A DNA stretch of 64,000 nucleotides from an uncultured Actinomycetes bacterium (GTDB taxonomy: Bacteria; Actinomycetota; Thermoleophilia; Gaiellales; Gaiellaceae): NCBI GenBank assembly GCA_963803325.1, contig CAWDLU010000002.1, positions 154,982-218,981 on the forward strand, written 5' to 3'. Shown in pieces: positions 1 to 9,018 of this stretch. A program made the position numbers and the translations under genes. Position 1 is the stretch's first letter. The number at the start of each line of letters is the position of its first letter. The notes under the pieces were generated by a model, which saw only the letters and a program-made list of their open reading frames with translations, searched no databases and had not been told where the DNA came from.

Positions 1-213
1 ATTCCGGTCGACCGTCACGAGATCGCCGCCACTCACGGCGCCGGCTGCACCCATTCGGCCACCCTCGCCGCGCTGCTGGCGCGGGGTCTGACCCTGGAAG
101 AGGCGGCGCGTGGCGCGGCCCGTGCGGCTTCGCGCGCGGTTCTGAACGGCCTGGTCGAGATCGGCTCGGGGGAGGGGCCGGTCGACGTGCTGGGGATCCG
201 TGCGCCTCGCTGA
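1..213 (+). CDS. thiD: Hydroxymethylpyrimidine/phosphomethylpyrimidine kinase (ThiD), C-terminal fragment running in from the left edge
   Basis: Frame-1 translation IPVDRHEIAATHGAGCTHSATLAALLARGLTLEEAARGAARAASRAV...GPVDVLGIRAPR ends at TGA 211-213. The GxGCT..S...A motif and C-terminal layout are ThiD-like, and thiL lies directly downstream. Confidence 0.6.
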   Translation: MPVDRHEIAATHGAGCTHSATLAALLARGLTLEEAARGAARAASRAVLNGLVEIGSGEGPVDVLGIRAPR

Positions 214-1054
214 CCTCGGCGAGCTCGGCCTGCTCGCGGAGCTCGAGCGCCGCGGCCTCGCCGTGCGCATCGAGAACGACGCGGCCGAGCTTCCCGGGGG
301 TCGGGTGGTCACGCAGGACGCGCTTGTCGAGGGCGTGCACTTCCGGCTCGACTGGATCTCGTGGCGCGACCTCGGCTTCCGCGCGGCCGCCGTCAACCTC
401 AGCGACCTCGCCGCCTCGGGAGCGGAGCCGGAGGGCCTGATCGTCAGTCTCGCGGCGCGATCCGACATCGCCGTTGCCGACGTGGTCGAGCTGTACGAGG
501 GCCTCGCCGAGGCAGGCGTGCCCGTGATCGGCGGCGATACCTCTGCGTCCGAGCTGCTGATGCTGAGCGTGACCGCGCTCGGGCGTTCCGAGCGGGTGCC
601 CGGCCGGGGAGGAGCCGTTCCCGGCGACACGGTCGTCGTGACCGGCCCGCTTGGAGCAGCCGGGGCCGCGTTCCGCGCGCGGCGCTACGCGCGTCCGCCG
701 CTTCGCCTCGAGGAAGGCCGCCGCCTGGCCGCGACCGCGCACGCACTGATCGATCTCTCGGACGGGCTTGCCCACGACGCCGGTCAGATCGCGCGCCGCT
801 CCGGCTGCAGGATCGTCATCGACCTCGAGCGCGTCCCGCTTGCCGCCGGAGCGACGATCGAAGATCTGGCCTTCGGCGAGGACTACGAGCTGCTTGCCGC
901 TCTGCCCGCCTCCGGGACGTTCGTCGAGGTCGGCCGCTGCGAAGACGGCGGGGGTGTGGAGCTGCGCCACGGCGGCGCGGCGGTCGAGCTCGGCGGTTTC
1001 GAGCACTTTCGCCGGGCGATGTCGCGGCGGCCGGCCACGCCGTCGAGCGGCTGA
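200..1054 (+). CDS. thiL: Thiamine-monophosphate kinase
   Basis: 284-aa ORF with a ThiL/AIR-synthase-like pattern: 'TQDALVEGVHF', 'NLSDLAASGAEP', 'GGDTS', 'GEDYELLA'. Confidence 0.85.
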   Translation: MRLADLGELGLLAELERRGLAVRIENDAAELPGGRVVTQDALVEGVHFRLDWISWRDLGFRAAAVNLSDLAASGAEPEGLIVSLAARSDIAVADVVELYEGLAEAGVPVIGGDTSASELLMLSVTALGRSERVPGRGGAVPGDTVVVTGPLGAAGAAFRARRYARPPLRLEEGRRLAATAHALIDLSDGLAHDAGQIARRSGCRIVIDLERVPLAAGATIEDLAFGEDYELLAALPASGTFVEVGRCEDGGGVELRHGGAAVELGGFEHFRRAMSRRPATPSSG

Positions 1055-1062
1055 CCGAGGCT

Positions 1063-1440
1063 CTACGGCTCGAGCCAGGCGGCGAACGTCTTCTCGAAAT
1101 GCCCGCGCGGGCGGGCGCCGACCACCTGCTCCTGCGCTTCGCCGCCGTCGAAGAGGATCACGGTCGGGATCGACAGCACTCCGAGATCCGCTGCCTGCTG
1201 CGGGTGCTCGTCGATGTTCATCTTCACGAAGGCGACCCGCTCGCCGTGCTCGGACTCGAGCTCCTCGAGCACCCGGCCGACCGCCTTGCACGGTCCGCAC
1301 CACGGCGCCCAGAAGTCGACCACGACGGGCCGGTCGGCGGCGAGCACATCTGCGGCGAAGCCGGAGTCGGTGACCTCGACCACTCTAACCCGCTCCGGCG
1401 CCGGCAAAGCCGGCGCCTCCGCTACCGGATGCTCCGTCAA
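1063..1440 (-). CDS. trxA: Thioredoxin
   Basis: 125-aa ORF with the canonical WCGPCK active site and a thioredoxin-fold layout ('VVVDFWAPWCGPCK...IPTVILF'). Confidence 0.9.
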   Translation of the reverse strand: MTEHPVAEAPALPAPERVRVVEVTDSGFAADVLAADRPVVVDFWAPWCGPCKAVGRVLEELESEHGERVAFVKMNIDEHPQQAADLGVLSIPTVILFDGGEAQEQVVGARPRGHFEKTFAAWLEP

Positions 1441-1454
1441 GCCTACGCATGTCG

Positions 1455-2177
1455 CTAGCGTAGCCGTCCGAGCAGCGCCAGCGCCCCGAGATAAGGCACG
1501 CGCCAGATCGCCTCGACCACGATCGCCCGGCTCATCTTCGAGCTTCCCACCTCCCGGTCGACGAACGTGATCGGGATCTCGACCACGCGGAAACCGGCCC
1601 GCAGCGCCCGATAGGTCGTCTCGATCTGGAAGGCGTAGCCGCGGGCCGAGACTGCGCCGAGGTCGATTCGCTCGAGCACCTCACGGCGGTAGCACTTGAA
1701 GCCGCCGGTCAGGTCGCGCACGGGCGCCCAGAGTAGCGACTGCGCGTACCACGAGCCGGCGCGGGAGACGAAGCGGCGCGCCGGTCCCCAGTTCACGATC
1801 CGTCCACCGGGCACGTAGCGTGAGCCGAGCGCCAGGTCCGCGTCCACTGCGGCCGCGATCAGTCGCGGCACGTCGGCCGGATCGTGGGAGAAGTCGCAAT
1901 CCATCTCGAGGATCAACTCGGCTCCGTCGGCGAGCGCGCGCCGGAAGCCGACCAGGTAGGCCGGCCCGAGACCCTCCTTGGTCGGGCGATGGAGGACGGC
2001 GACCCTGGAGTGCTCGGCCGCCAGCCGGTCGGCCTCCTCGCCGGTGCCGTCGGGCGAGGCGTCGTCGATGACGAGCACCCGGTCGTCGGGGCCGAGGTGC
2101 TCGAGCAGGGCGAGGACCATGGGCTCGATGTTCTCCCGCTCGTTGTAGGTCGGAAGGCAGACGGTCGCCCCGGGCAC
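1455..2177 (-). CDS. GT2 glycosyltransferase, polyprenol/dolichol-phosphate mannosyltransferase-like
   Basis: 'VCLPTYNERENI', 'VLVIDDASPDGTG' and 'MDCDFSHDP' are typical of Ppm1/DPM1-type GT2 enzymes. The start is placed at in-frame GTG 2177; the tracked ORF extends to 2258, which would overlap polX. Confidence 0.8.
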   Translation of the reverse strand: MPGATVCLPTYNERENIEPMVLALLEHLGPDDRVLVIDDASPDGTGEEADRLAAEHSRVAVLHRPTKEGLGPAYLVGFRRALADGAELILEMDCDFSHDPADVPRLIAAAVDADLALGSRYVPGGRIVNWGPARRFVSRAGSWYAQSLLWAPVRDLTGGFKCYRREVLERIDLGAVSARGYAFQIETTYRALRAGFRVVEIPITFVDREVGSSKMSRAIVVEAIWRVPYLGALALLGRLR

Positions 2178-2184
2178 GGTTCGT

Positions 2185-3897
2185 ATGATCGCGGGAATGG
2201 CGAAGGCGCTTCCGATCAACTCCGTGATCGTCGAGCAGCTCGAGCTTCTGGCCGACATGCTCGAGCTCGAGGGAACCGAGACGTTCCGCGTCCTCGCATA
2301 CCGCCGAGCGGCGCAGCGGGTGCGCGAGACCGGGGGTTCGATCGCGCAGCTCGCACTTGACGGGCGCGCGAAGGAGCTTCAGGGGATCGGCAAGACGATC
2401 GAGGAGAAGATCGTCCAGATCGTCGACACGGGCGAGATCGAGGCGCTCGCCAAGCGCAAGGCGCGGATTCCGGCAGACGTGGTCGCGTTCATGCGGCTCC
2501 CCGGTCTCGGGCCGAAGACGGCGCGGAGGATCTGGCAGGAGCTCGGCGTCTCGACGCTCGGAGAGCTCCGAGCCGCGGCCGAGGAGGAGCGCCTGCGCAC
2601 GCTGACCGGGCTCGGCCCGAAGGTGGAGGAGAACATCCTCAAGGCGCTCGAGGAGCGGTCGAAGCCGAAGGCGGCGGTGCGGCCGCTGCTCGGTGCGGGG
2701 CTGCCCGCGGCGCTCGCCGTGGTCGAGGCGCTTCGCGGTCATCCTGCGTCGGAGCAGGTGTCCGAGGCGGGCAGCGTGCGGCGCAGGCGCGAGACCTTTC
2801 GCGATCTCGACGTGATCGCCACCGCGACCGACGCACGGGCTCTGATCGACGCGTTCACCGGCTTCGACTGGGTTGTCGAGGTCGTCGCCAGGGGCGGGAC
2901 GAAGGCGACCGTGATCTCTCAGGACGGGCTCCGCTTCGACCTGCGGGTCGTTCCACCGGAGTGCTACGGGAACCTCCTCCAGCATTTCACCGGCTCGAAG
3001 AACCACAACGTGGCGATGCGCGAGGAGGCCGTCCGGCGCGGTCTTTCGATCTCGGAGTACGGGATCACCGAGGTCGATTCGGGACAGGTGCACACGTTCC
3101 GTACCGAGGATGAGCTGTACCGGTGGCTCGGCTATCAGTACATCCCGCCCGAGCTGCGTGAGGACGCCGGCGAGCTGGCGGCTGCGCGCGAGGGGCGGCT
3201 GCCGGTGCTCGTCGAAGAGCGCGACCTGCGCGGCGATCTGCACGCGCACACGACCTGGTCTGCGGACGGGAAGAACACGATGGAGGAGATGGCGCTTGCG
3301 GCCAAGGCGCGCGGCTACTCGTACCTGGCGATCACCGACCACTCGCACTACCTCCGCGACGGCAGGCTGGAGGCGCAGGCCGAGGAGCTGGCGGCGCTGA
3401 ACGCCAGGCTGAAGCCCTTCCGCCTGGTGCACGGCATCGAGGTCAACATCCGTGCGAACGGGACGCTCGACGTGCCCGACGAGGTGCTCGCACGCCTCGA
3501 TTGGGTGGTCGCGTCGATCCACGCGGCCTTCTCGACGAGTCCGACCGAGCGCGTGCTCGCGACGATGGAGAACCCACACGTCGACGTGATCGGACACCTG
3601 ACCGGGCGGAAGATCAACAAGCGCGCCCCGATGGACATCGACCTCGAGCGCGTGTGCGAGGCGGCGGTTTCGACCGGCACGGCACTGGAGATCAACTCGC
3701 AGCCCGACCGGCTCGACCTGCGCGACGCGCACGCTCGCCTGGCCGGGCAGCGCGGCGCGCGGATCATCGTCTCGACCGACGCGCACTCGACCGCCGCGCT
3801 CGGCTACGCCACGCTGGGAATCGGCCAGGCCCGCCGCGCCTGGCTGACCAAGGAGCGCGTGATCAACACGCGGCCGTGGTCGAAGGTCAAGAAGTGA
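2185..3897 (+). CDS. polX: DNA polymerase X family protein with C-terminal PHP phosphoesterase domain (PolX)
   Basis: 570 aa. The N-terminus has a Pol-beta-like HhH/8-kDa and nucleotidyltransferase layout ('GIGKTIEEKI', 'LPGLGPKTARRIW'). The C-terminus has PHP His motifs ('GDLHAHTTWSADG', 'ITDHSH', 'STDAHS'). Confidence 0.85.
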   Translation: MIAGMAKALPINSVIVEQLELLADMLELEGTETFRVLAYRRAAQRVRETGGSIAQLALDGRAKELQGIGKTIEEKIVQIVDTGEIEALAKRKARIPADVVAFMRLPGLGPKTARRIWQELGVSTLGELRAAAEEERLRTLTGLGPKVEENILKALEERSKPKAAVRPLLGAGLPAALAVVEALRGHPASEQVSEAGSVRRRRETFRDLDVIATATDARALIDAFTGFDWVVEVVARGGTKATVISQDGLRFDLRVVPPECYGNLLQHFTGSKNHNVAMREEAVRRGLSISEYGITEVDSGQVHTFRTEDELYRWLGYQYIPPELREDAGELAAAREGRLPVLVEERDLRGDLHAHTTWSADGKNTMEEMALAAKARGYSYLAITDHSHYLRDGRLEAQAEELAALNARLKPFRLVHGIEVNIRANGTLDVPDEVLARLDWVVASIHAAFSTSPTERVLATMENPHVDVIGHLTGRKINKRAPMDIDLERVCEAAVSTGTALEINSQPDRLDLRDAHARLAGQRGARIIVSTDAHSTAALGYATLGIGQARRAWLTKERVINTRPWSKVKK

Positions 3898-3917
3898 CGA
3901 GCCGCTCCGGCCCTGTG

Positions 3918-3934
3918 CCAGGGACAGTCCCTGG
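3918..3934. repeat. Perfect 17-nt palindrome CCAGGGACAGTCCCTGG in the polX/decarboxylase intergenic region
   Basis: Read directly. Its partner, with the complementary core GGGACTGTCCC, lies at 4090-4108. Confidence 0.6.
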
Positions 3935-4089
3935 AACGCCTTGTCCACAGGCTCGTTTTGGCTCAACCGTGGGGCTTTGGGGAGGGTGGAGGCGCGTCTC
4001 TGTGGATTCGCGGCGCGGCGTGCCGTCTCCGCTGTCTTTCGCTTGTCCAAAGCGTTTGCGCCTCGTTTGCACGGCTCGATCGGACATGG

Positions 4090-4108
4090 CCGAGGGACTG
4101 TCCCTCGG
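4090..4108. repeat. Perfect 19-nt palindrome CCGAGGGACTGTCCCTCGG preceded by GGACATGG
   Basis: Read directly. The GGACATGG lead-in is also seen at the 21074-21148 repeat. Confidence 0.6.
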
Positions 4109-4138
4109 ACACGGCTCGTTGGGACACGGCGAGAAGCG

Positions 4139-5434
4139 GTGAGCTTTCGCGACGACGGCCACCGCGCGGTCGACTGGGCCGCCGACTACCTCGAGCGGGT
4201 CGGCGACCTGCCCGTCCTTGCGCGGGTCGAGCCCGGCGAGATCCGCGGGCGGCTGCCGGAGTCGGCCCCGGAGAAGCCGGACCCGTTCGAGGCGGTGCTG
4301 CGCGACCTCGACGAGATCCTTCTGCCCGGCGTCACCCACTGGCAGCACCCGCGCTTCTTCGCGTACTTCGCCGTCACCGGCTCCGAGCCGGGGATCCTCG
4401 CCGAGCTGCTCGCGGCCACCCTGAACTCGGTCGCGATCCTCTGGCGGACCGCGCCGGCATCCACCGAGCTCGAGGTGACCGTCCTCGACTGGGTTGCACA
4501 GCTGATCGGCCTGCCGCGTGGCTGGCACGGGCACATCGAGGACACCGCCTCCACCTCGACGCTGGCCGCGCTGGTCGCGGCGCGGGAGACGACAGGGCGC
4601 AACGTCGTCGTCTGCTCCGAGCACGCTCACTCCTCCGTCGAGAAGGACGCGCGCATGCTCGGCATGCAGGTGCGCAAGGCGCCGGTGGACGACACGTTCC
4701 GGATGCGGCCGGACGCGCTCGCGCTCGACGACGTCGCCGCGGTCGTCGCGACGGTCGGGACGACCTCGACCACGTCCGTCGATCCGGTCGCGGCCGTGGC
4801 CGACCGCTGTGCCGCCGCCGGCGCCTGGCTGCACGTGGACGCCGCCTACGCGGGCTCGGCGATGGTCTGCCCCGAGCTGCGCTGGGCCTTCGACGGGGTC
4901 GAGCGCGCCGACTCGCTCGTCGTCAACGCGCACAAGTGGCTGTTCACGCCGATGGACTGCTCGCTCCTCTGGACGAGCCGCCCGGACGACTTTCGGGCCG
5001 CGTTCTCGCTGATCCCGGAGTACCTGCGGACGACCGACGAGGACGCGTTCAACATCAGCGAGTACGGCCCCGCTCTCGGCCGCCGCTTCCGATCGCTGAA
5101 GCTCTGGGCGGTGCTTCGCTGCTACGGGGCGGAGGGTCTGCGCGGCCGGATCCGCGAGGCGATCCGCCTGGCAGAGCTGTTCGAGGGCTGGGTGAGGGAC
5201 GAGCCCGGCTGGGAGCTTTCCGCGCCGCGACCGTTCTCGGTCGTCTGCTTCCGGCGTGAGGGCTCCGACGAGGAGAACGAGGCGATTCTCGAGCGCGTGA
5301 ACGCAAGCGGCGAGATCTTCATCTCGCACACGCGCCTCGACGGCCGGTACGTGCTGCGGCTCGCGATCGGCAGCGACCGCACAACCGAGGAGGACGTGCG
5401 TCGCGCCTGGGACGTCCTACGTGACGTTCGGTAA
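4139..5434 (+). CDS. Pyridoxal-dependent (group II, aromatic-L-amino-acid/DOPA-type) decarboxylase
   Basis: 'HWQHPRFFAYF', 'SSTLAALVAARE', 'LHVDAAYAGSA' and 'NAHKWLFTPMDCS' (PLP-Lys context) match group II decarboxylases. The start is set to in-frame GTG 4139 (VSFRDDGHRAVDW...); the tracked ORF starts at 3941 inside the repeat-rich spacer. Confidence 0.8.
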   Translation: MSFRDDGHRAVDWAADYLERVGDLPVLARVEPGEIRGRLPESAPEKPDPFEAVLRDLDEILLPGVTHWQHPRFFAYFAVTGSEPGILAELLAATLNSVAILWRTAPASTELEVTVLDWVAQLIGLPRGWHGHIEDTASTSTLAALVAARETTGRNVVVCSEHAHSSVEKDARMLGMQVRKAPVDDTFRMRPDALALDDVAAVVATVGTTSTTSVDPVAAVADRCAAAGAWLHVDAAYAGSAMVCPELRWAFDGVERADSLVVNAHKWLFTPMDCSLLWTSRPDDFRAAFSLIPEYLRTTDEDAFNISEYGPALGRRFRSLKLWAVLRCYGAEGLRGRIREAIRLAELFEGWVRDEPGWELSAPRPFSVVCFRREGSDEENEAILERVNASGEIFISHTRLDGRYVLRLAIGSDRTTEEDVRRAWDVLRDVR

Positions 5435-6469
5435 CAGCGCGATCACGCCCGCGTAGATCACGACCAGCGCGATCGAGTCGATCCCGAGCCAGAGGAAGGT
5501 GCGCTTGGGCCGCGCGATCACCGCCGCCGCCGCGATCGCGGTCATCAGCAGGCCCGCGCCGCCGAGCCAGACGTCGGAGCCGCGCTCGGCGACGATCACC
5601 GGCGTCCCCGCGAGGACATCGGCGAGCAGGAACAGCGTGATCTGGAACGAGTTGCCGCCGAGGATGTCGCCGACAGCCAGCTGGTGGTCGCCGAGCCGCA
5701 CCGCCGCGATCCCGCTCGAGATCTCCGGCAGGGCGGTTGCGAGTGCGAGCACCGTCGCGCCGAAGATCGCACCCTGGAGGCCGATCCGGTCGGCGATCAG
5801 GCTGCCCGACTCCTGGAGGGCGACGCCCGCGCCCAGCGTGACCGCCGAGGCGGCCGCAAAGACGCAGGCGACGAACGCCGTCGAGCGATGCTCGAACGGC
5901 CGCTTCTCGTCCGGGTGCTCCTCGCGCGGGTGCCGCCTGCCCGGCCGGCTGCCCGGCATCTCCACCTTCCAGCTCGGCTGCTTCCGCACCCGGTTGACGA
6001 CCCAGAGCCCGCCGAGCCAGAGGAGGACGACCGCGATCGAGGTCGGGCTGACGCCGCCGACGCTCGTCGATGCCGGCAGCGCCGCGCCGCCGAGCACGGT
6101 CGCGAGCACGACGACGACGATCAGCGCCTCGAGCACCGGCACCAGCGAGCCGACGAGGTAGCTGAGCGGCCGCTCGCGGCCGGCCGAGAAGTCGAGCACG
6201 ACCAGGACGAGCGTCTGCACCGCGACGCCGCCGATCAGGTTCCCGACCGCGAGATCGAGGTGGCCTGAGAGCGACGCCGAGGCGACGATCGCGATCTCGG
6301 GGAGCGTGCCTGCGATCGCGAGCAGGATCAGCCCGCCGAGCTCCTCGCCGAGTCCGAGCCGGCGGTCGAGCGAGTCCGTGGTGCGCGAGAGCGAGATACC
6401 GGCGAACCACGTGGCGGCCGCCCCGGCGGCGAAGACGAGGACGAGGAGCGGGGTCGAGAGACCGCTCAC
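5417..6469 (-). CDS. Sodium/calcium exchanger family (CaCA) membrane protein
   Basis: 350 aa and polytopic, with two alpha-repeat-like motifs: 'GTLPEIAIVASAS...GNLIGG' and 'TALPEISSGIAAV...GDILGGNSF'. Confidence 0.8.
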   Translation of the reverse strand: MSGLSTPLLVLVFAAGAAATWFAGISLSRTTDSLDRRLGLGEELGGLILLAIAGTLPEIAIVASASLSGHLDLAVGNLIGGVAVQTLVLVVLDFSAGRERPLSYLVGSLVPVLEALIVVVVLATVLGGAALPASTSVGGVSPTSIAVVLLWLGGLWVVNRVRKQPSWKVEMPGSRPGRRHPREEHPDEKRPFEHRSTAFVACVFAAASAVTLGAGVALQESGSLIADRIGLQGAIFGATVLALATALPEISSGIAAVRLGDHQLAVGDILGGNSFQITLFLLADVLAGTPVIVAERGSDVWLGGAGLLMTAIAAAAVIARPKRTFLWLGIDSIALVVIYAGVIALLPNVT

Positions 6470-6486
6470 CGGCGTACCCTACGGCG

Positions 6487-7002
6487 ATGGTCCCCCGGGA
6501 GCTGACCACCGAGCGGCTGCTCCTGCGTCAATGGCGTGACGACGATGTCGAGCCCCTGCACGAGATCTACGAGCAGCCCGAGTTCCTCCTGACCATGCCG
6601 GGCAAGACGCTTGTCGAGACCATGGAGCAGGTGGAGCGCTTCCGGCAGGGCTGGGCCGAGGACGGCTACTCGGTGTGGGCGGCCTGTGATCGGGAGACCG
6701 CTACGCTCGTCGGCCGCATCGGGTTGTTCTGTCATCGCGACTGGCCGCTGTCCGATCGCCCCGTGCCCGAGGCGGCCTGGGTGCTGCACCGCGACTGGTG
6801 GGCTCGCGGGCTCGCGACGGAGGGTGGGCGGGCGAGCGTGGACGCCTGGCGTGAACATCTGCCGGACGAGCCGTGCCTCTACTCGTTCACCACCCCCGGC
6901 AACCAGCGCTCGCGGGCGGTGATGGCGCGGCTCGGCTTCACCCCGCGCGGCCGGCTCGACTATCGGGGCTGGGACACGATCTGGCACACGATCGAGCGTT
7001 AG
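6487..7002 (+). CDS. GNAT family N-acetyltransferase (RimJ/RimL-like)
   Basis: 'TERLLLRQWRDDDVEPLHEIY' and 'WARGLATEG...NQRSRAVMARLGF' are typical of Acetyltransf_3-type GNATs. Confidence 0.8.
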   Translation: MVPRELTTERLLLRQWRDDDVEPLHEIYEQPEFLLTMPGKTLVETMEQVERFRQGWAEDGYSVWAACDRETATLVGRIGLFCHRDWPLSDRPVPEAAWVLHRDWWARGLATEGGRASVDAWREHLPDEPCLYSFTTPGNQRSRAVMARLGFTPRGRLDYRGWDTIWHTIER

Positions 7003-7553
7003 CCGTTGAGCACCGCGAGCGCCGCGTCGTGCAGCGCAACCCGGTAGCGCCAGAACGCACGGCCGGTGGCCAGTAGCCGCTCGCGCAACGGGCCGGCCAG
7101 CTCCTCGAGCGTCCCCCACCTCGCCGCTGCGATCTCCTCCGTATCGCGCGGGTCGAGCTCCTCGCCGTCGGTCGTGGCCAGGAAGACATGCGTTCGCCAC
7201 TCGAGCTCGAGTGGCGGATAGACGAACCGCGCGCGGGTCTCGACGAGGTAGCGCTCGAGCTTCACGAGCAGGCCGGTCTCCTCGAACGCCTCTCTCAGCA
7301 CGGCTGCGTCGAAGTCCTCACCCGGCTTGACGCCGCCGCCCGGCGGCCGCCAGATGTCTTCCGGAAACTGCGGCTTGCGGATCAGGGCGAGCCGCTCGCC
7401 CTTGAGGATGAAGAGCGTCACGTCATGGGTTCTGAACGGGTCGTAGGTCGCGATCCCGTACTCGTGCTCGCTGATCTCGCCCTCCCAGTCGAGCACGTGG
7501 GGCTCGCCGTAGCGGGCGCGGATCGGTGCGAGCACGTCCTCCGTGAGGTGCAT
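6999..7553 (-). CDS. NUDIX hydrolase
   Basis: Nudix box 'GGGVKPGEDFDAAVLREAFEETGL'. Confidence 0.8.
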   Translation of the reverse strand: MHLTEDVLAPIRARYGEPHVLDWEGEISEHEYGIATYDPFRTHDVTLFILKGERLALIRKPQFPEDIWRPPGGGVKPGEDFDAAVLREAFEETGLLVKLERYLVETRARFVYPPLELEWRTHVFLATTDGEELDPRDTEEIAAARWGTLEELAGPLRERLLATGRAFWRYRVALHDAALAVLNG

Positions 7554-8278
7554 CAGCCGAGGAGCTCGCCGAGGAGCTCGACCAGCTCGCCGGTGCCTCC
7601 GACCACGATGTCGGCTGCGCCCGGAAGCTCGTTCGGCCCCTCGTCGGAGACGACCGCGACCCGCACGGCGAGCTCGAGCCCGTCCAGGCCGCGGAACGCG
7701 TCGAGGTCGGTCGAGTCGTCGCCGGCGTAGATCCCTCGATCAAGCCCGCGCTCGCCGAGCAGCATCCGGACTGCGGTCCCCTTGTCCGCGTCGACCGGCG
7801 GCCGTACCTCCAGCACCTTGCGGCCCCAGTGCGGCCTGAGCCCGAGTTCGGTCGCAAGCTCGGCAACGCCATGAAGCTCGGCGAGTGCGGCCTCCTCGTC
7901 ACCCGCCGTTCGGTAGTGGAATGCGGCCGAGTGCGGCTTCCGCTCGGCCGGCCAGTCGACGGCGGCGAGCAGGCGATCGAGCCGGCCGGTCCACTCGGCG
8001 GATCTCGGATCGAGCCCCAGCCCGTGCTCGCCGACGTAGACGAGCTCCTCCACGCCGACGACGCGGCGTGCGTCGCCCTCGGGCCGCCCGCTCACGCAGG
8101 CGACGAGCGCGTAGCGTCCGGCGAGCCGGCGCAGGAGCTCGCGGGTCGGCTGCGGTACGGCGGCATCCTCGGCCCGGTCGACGATCGGAGCCAGCGTTCC
8201 GTCCACGTCCAGCAGCACCCCCGTCTCGTGCGGCCGCTCGGCGATCAGGTCGATCAGGCGTCGCGTGTCCACTCTCAC
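7553..8278 (-). CDS. otsB: Trehalose-phosphatase (HAD superfamily)
   Basis: 'LLDVDGTLAPIV', 'SGRP', 'DKGTAV' and 'YAGDDSTDLDAF' are OtsB/HAD-IIB motifs. The start is set to GTG 8278; the tracked ORF's N-terminal 68 aa are low-complexity and overlap the next gene's region. Confidence 0.75.
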   Translation of the reverse strand: MRVDTRRLIDLIAERPHETGVLLDVDGTLAPIVDRAEDAAVPQPTRELLRRLAGRYALVACVSGRPEGDARRVVGVEELVYVGEHGLGLDPRSAEWTGRLDRLLAAVDWPAERKPHSAAFHYRTAGDEEAALAELHGVAELATELGLRPHWGRKVLEVRPPVDADKGTAVRMLLGERGLDRGIYAGDDSTDLDAFRGLDGLELAVRVAVVSDEGPNELPGAADIVVGGTGELVELLGELLG

Positions 8279-8293
8279 CGGGAGAATAGGCGG

Positions 8294-8638
8294 GTGGCGC
8301 AGCTCATCCTGATCGGCCTCGTCGCAGGCCTGTTCAGCGCGCTCTTCGGGGTCGGCGGCGGGATCATCGTCGTTCCGCTTCTGCTGCTCACCGGCCGCTG
8401 GCTGGAGCGGCCGGCGATGGCGACCTCGCTGGCAGCGATCGGGATCATCGCGCTGGCGGGAACCGTCTCGTATGCCTTCCACGGGGAGCTCAAGCCCGGC
8501 GCCGCGGCGCTGGTCGGGCTCCCGGCCGCAGTCGGGGCGATCGGCGGCGCGGCGCTCCAGCAGCGGCTCGCAAATCGCACCCTCTCGCTCCTGTTCGCCC
8601 TGCTGCTCGCCGGACTCGGCACACGGCTCCTGATCTGA
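8294..8638 (+). CDS. TauE/SafE (DUF81) family membrane protein, half-size (N-terminal half equivalent)
   Basis: 114 aa from GTG 8294: 'LIGLVAGLFSALFGVGGGIIVVPLLLL...'. About 3-4 TM. Stop TGA 8636-8638 overlaps the ATG of the next half-gene. Confidence 0.65.
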   Translation: MAQLILIGLVAGLFSALFGVGGGIIVVPLLLLTGRWLERPAMATSLAAIGIIALAGTVSYAFHGELKPGAAALVGLPAAVGAIGGAALQQRLANRTLSLLFALLLAGLGTRLLI

Positions 8639-9018
8639 TGGACGTCGTCCTGCTCGCCATCGCGCTCGGCTTCGTCGCCGGCATTCTGGCGGGTCTCTTC
8701 GGCGTCGGCGGCGGGATCCTGTTCGTGCCGACGCTGACGCTCGGGCTCGGCCTGACGCAACTTCATGCCCAGGCGACCTCGCTGCTCGCGATCATCCCGA
8801 CCGTGCTGGCCGGCGCGTGGCGGCAGCAGCGCTACGGCAACGTCAGGTGGCGGCATGCGCTCATCCTCGGAGTCGCGGCGATCGCCGGCGTCGAGGGAGG
8901 CGTCCTGCTCGCCGAGCGCCTTCCCGAGCATCTGCTCCGCCGGCTGTTCGGGACGTTGATGATCCTCGTCGCCGCGCAGGTCGTCTGGCGCGTCCGTACC
9001 AGCCGCGGTCGCACCTAG
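8638..9018 (+). CDS. TauE/SafE (DUF81) family membrane protein, half-size (second half)
   Basis: 126 aa: 'FVAGILAGLFGVGGGILFVPTLTL...', homologous to the preceding half. Stop TAG 9016-9018 lies inside the IS terminal repeat/target CTAG. Confidence 0.7.
   Translation: MDVVLLAIALGFVAGILAGLFGVGGGILFVPTLTLGLGLTQLHAQATSLLAIIPTVLAGAWRQQRYGNVRWRHALILGVAAIAGVEGGVLLAERLPEHLLRRLFGTLMILVAAQVVWRVRTSRGRT

Noticed and set aside
1681-4050. 789-aa ORF antisense to the GT2 and PolX genes. The same applies to other very long antisense ORFs: 13160-15382, 16061-18142, 33352-36324, 37172-39295, 42209-44368, 46084-48117, 48261-50207 and 59321-60610.
   Set aside because: Their translations are dominated by Arg/Pro/Gly/Ala/Asp with no motifs. 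Each lies opposite a gene with clear family signatures. In roughly 70% GC DNA, stop codons are rare on the antisense strand, so these are shadow ORFs.
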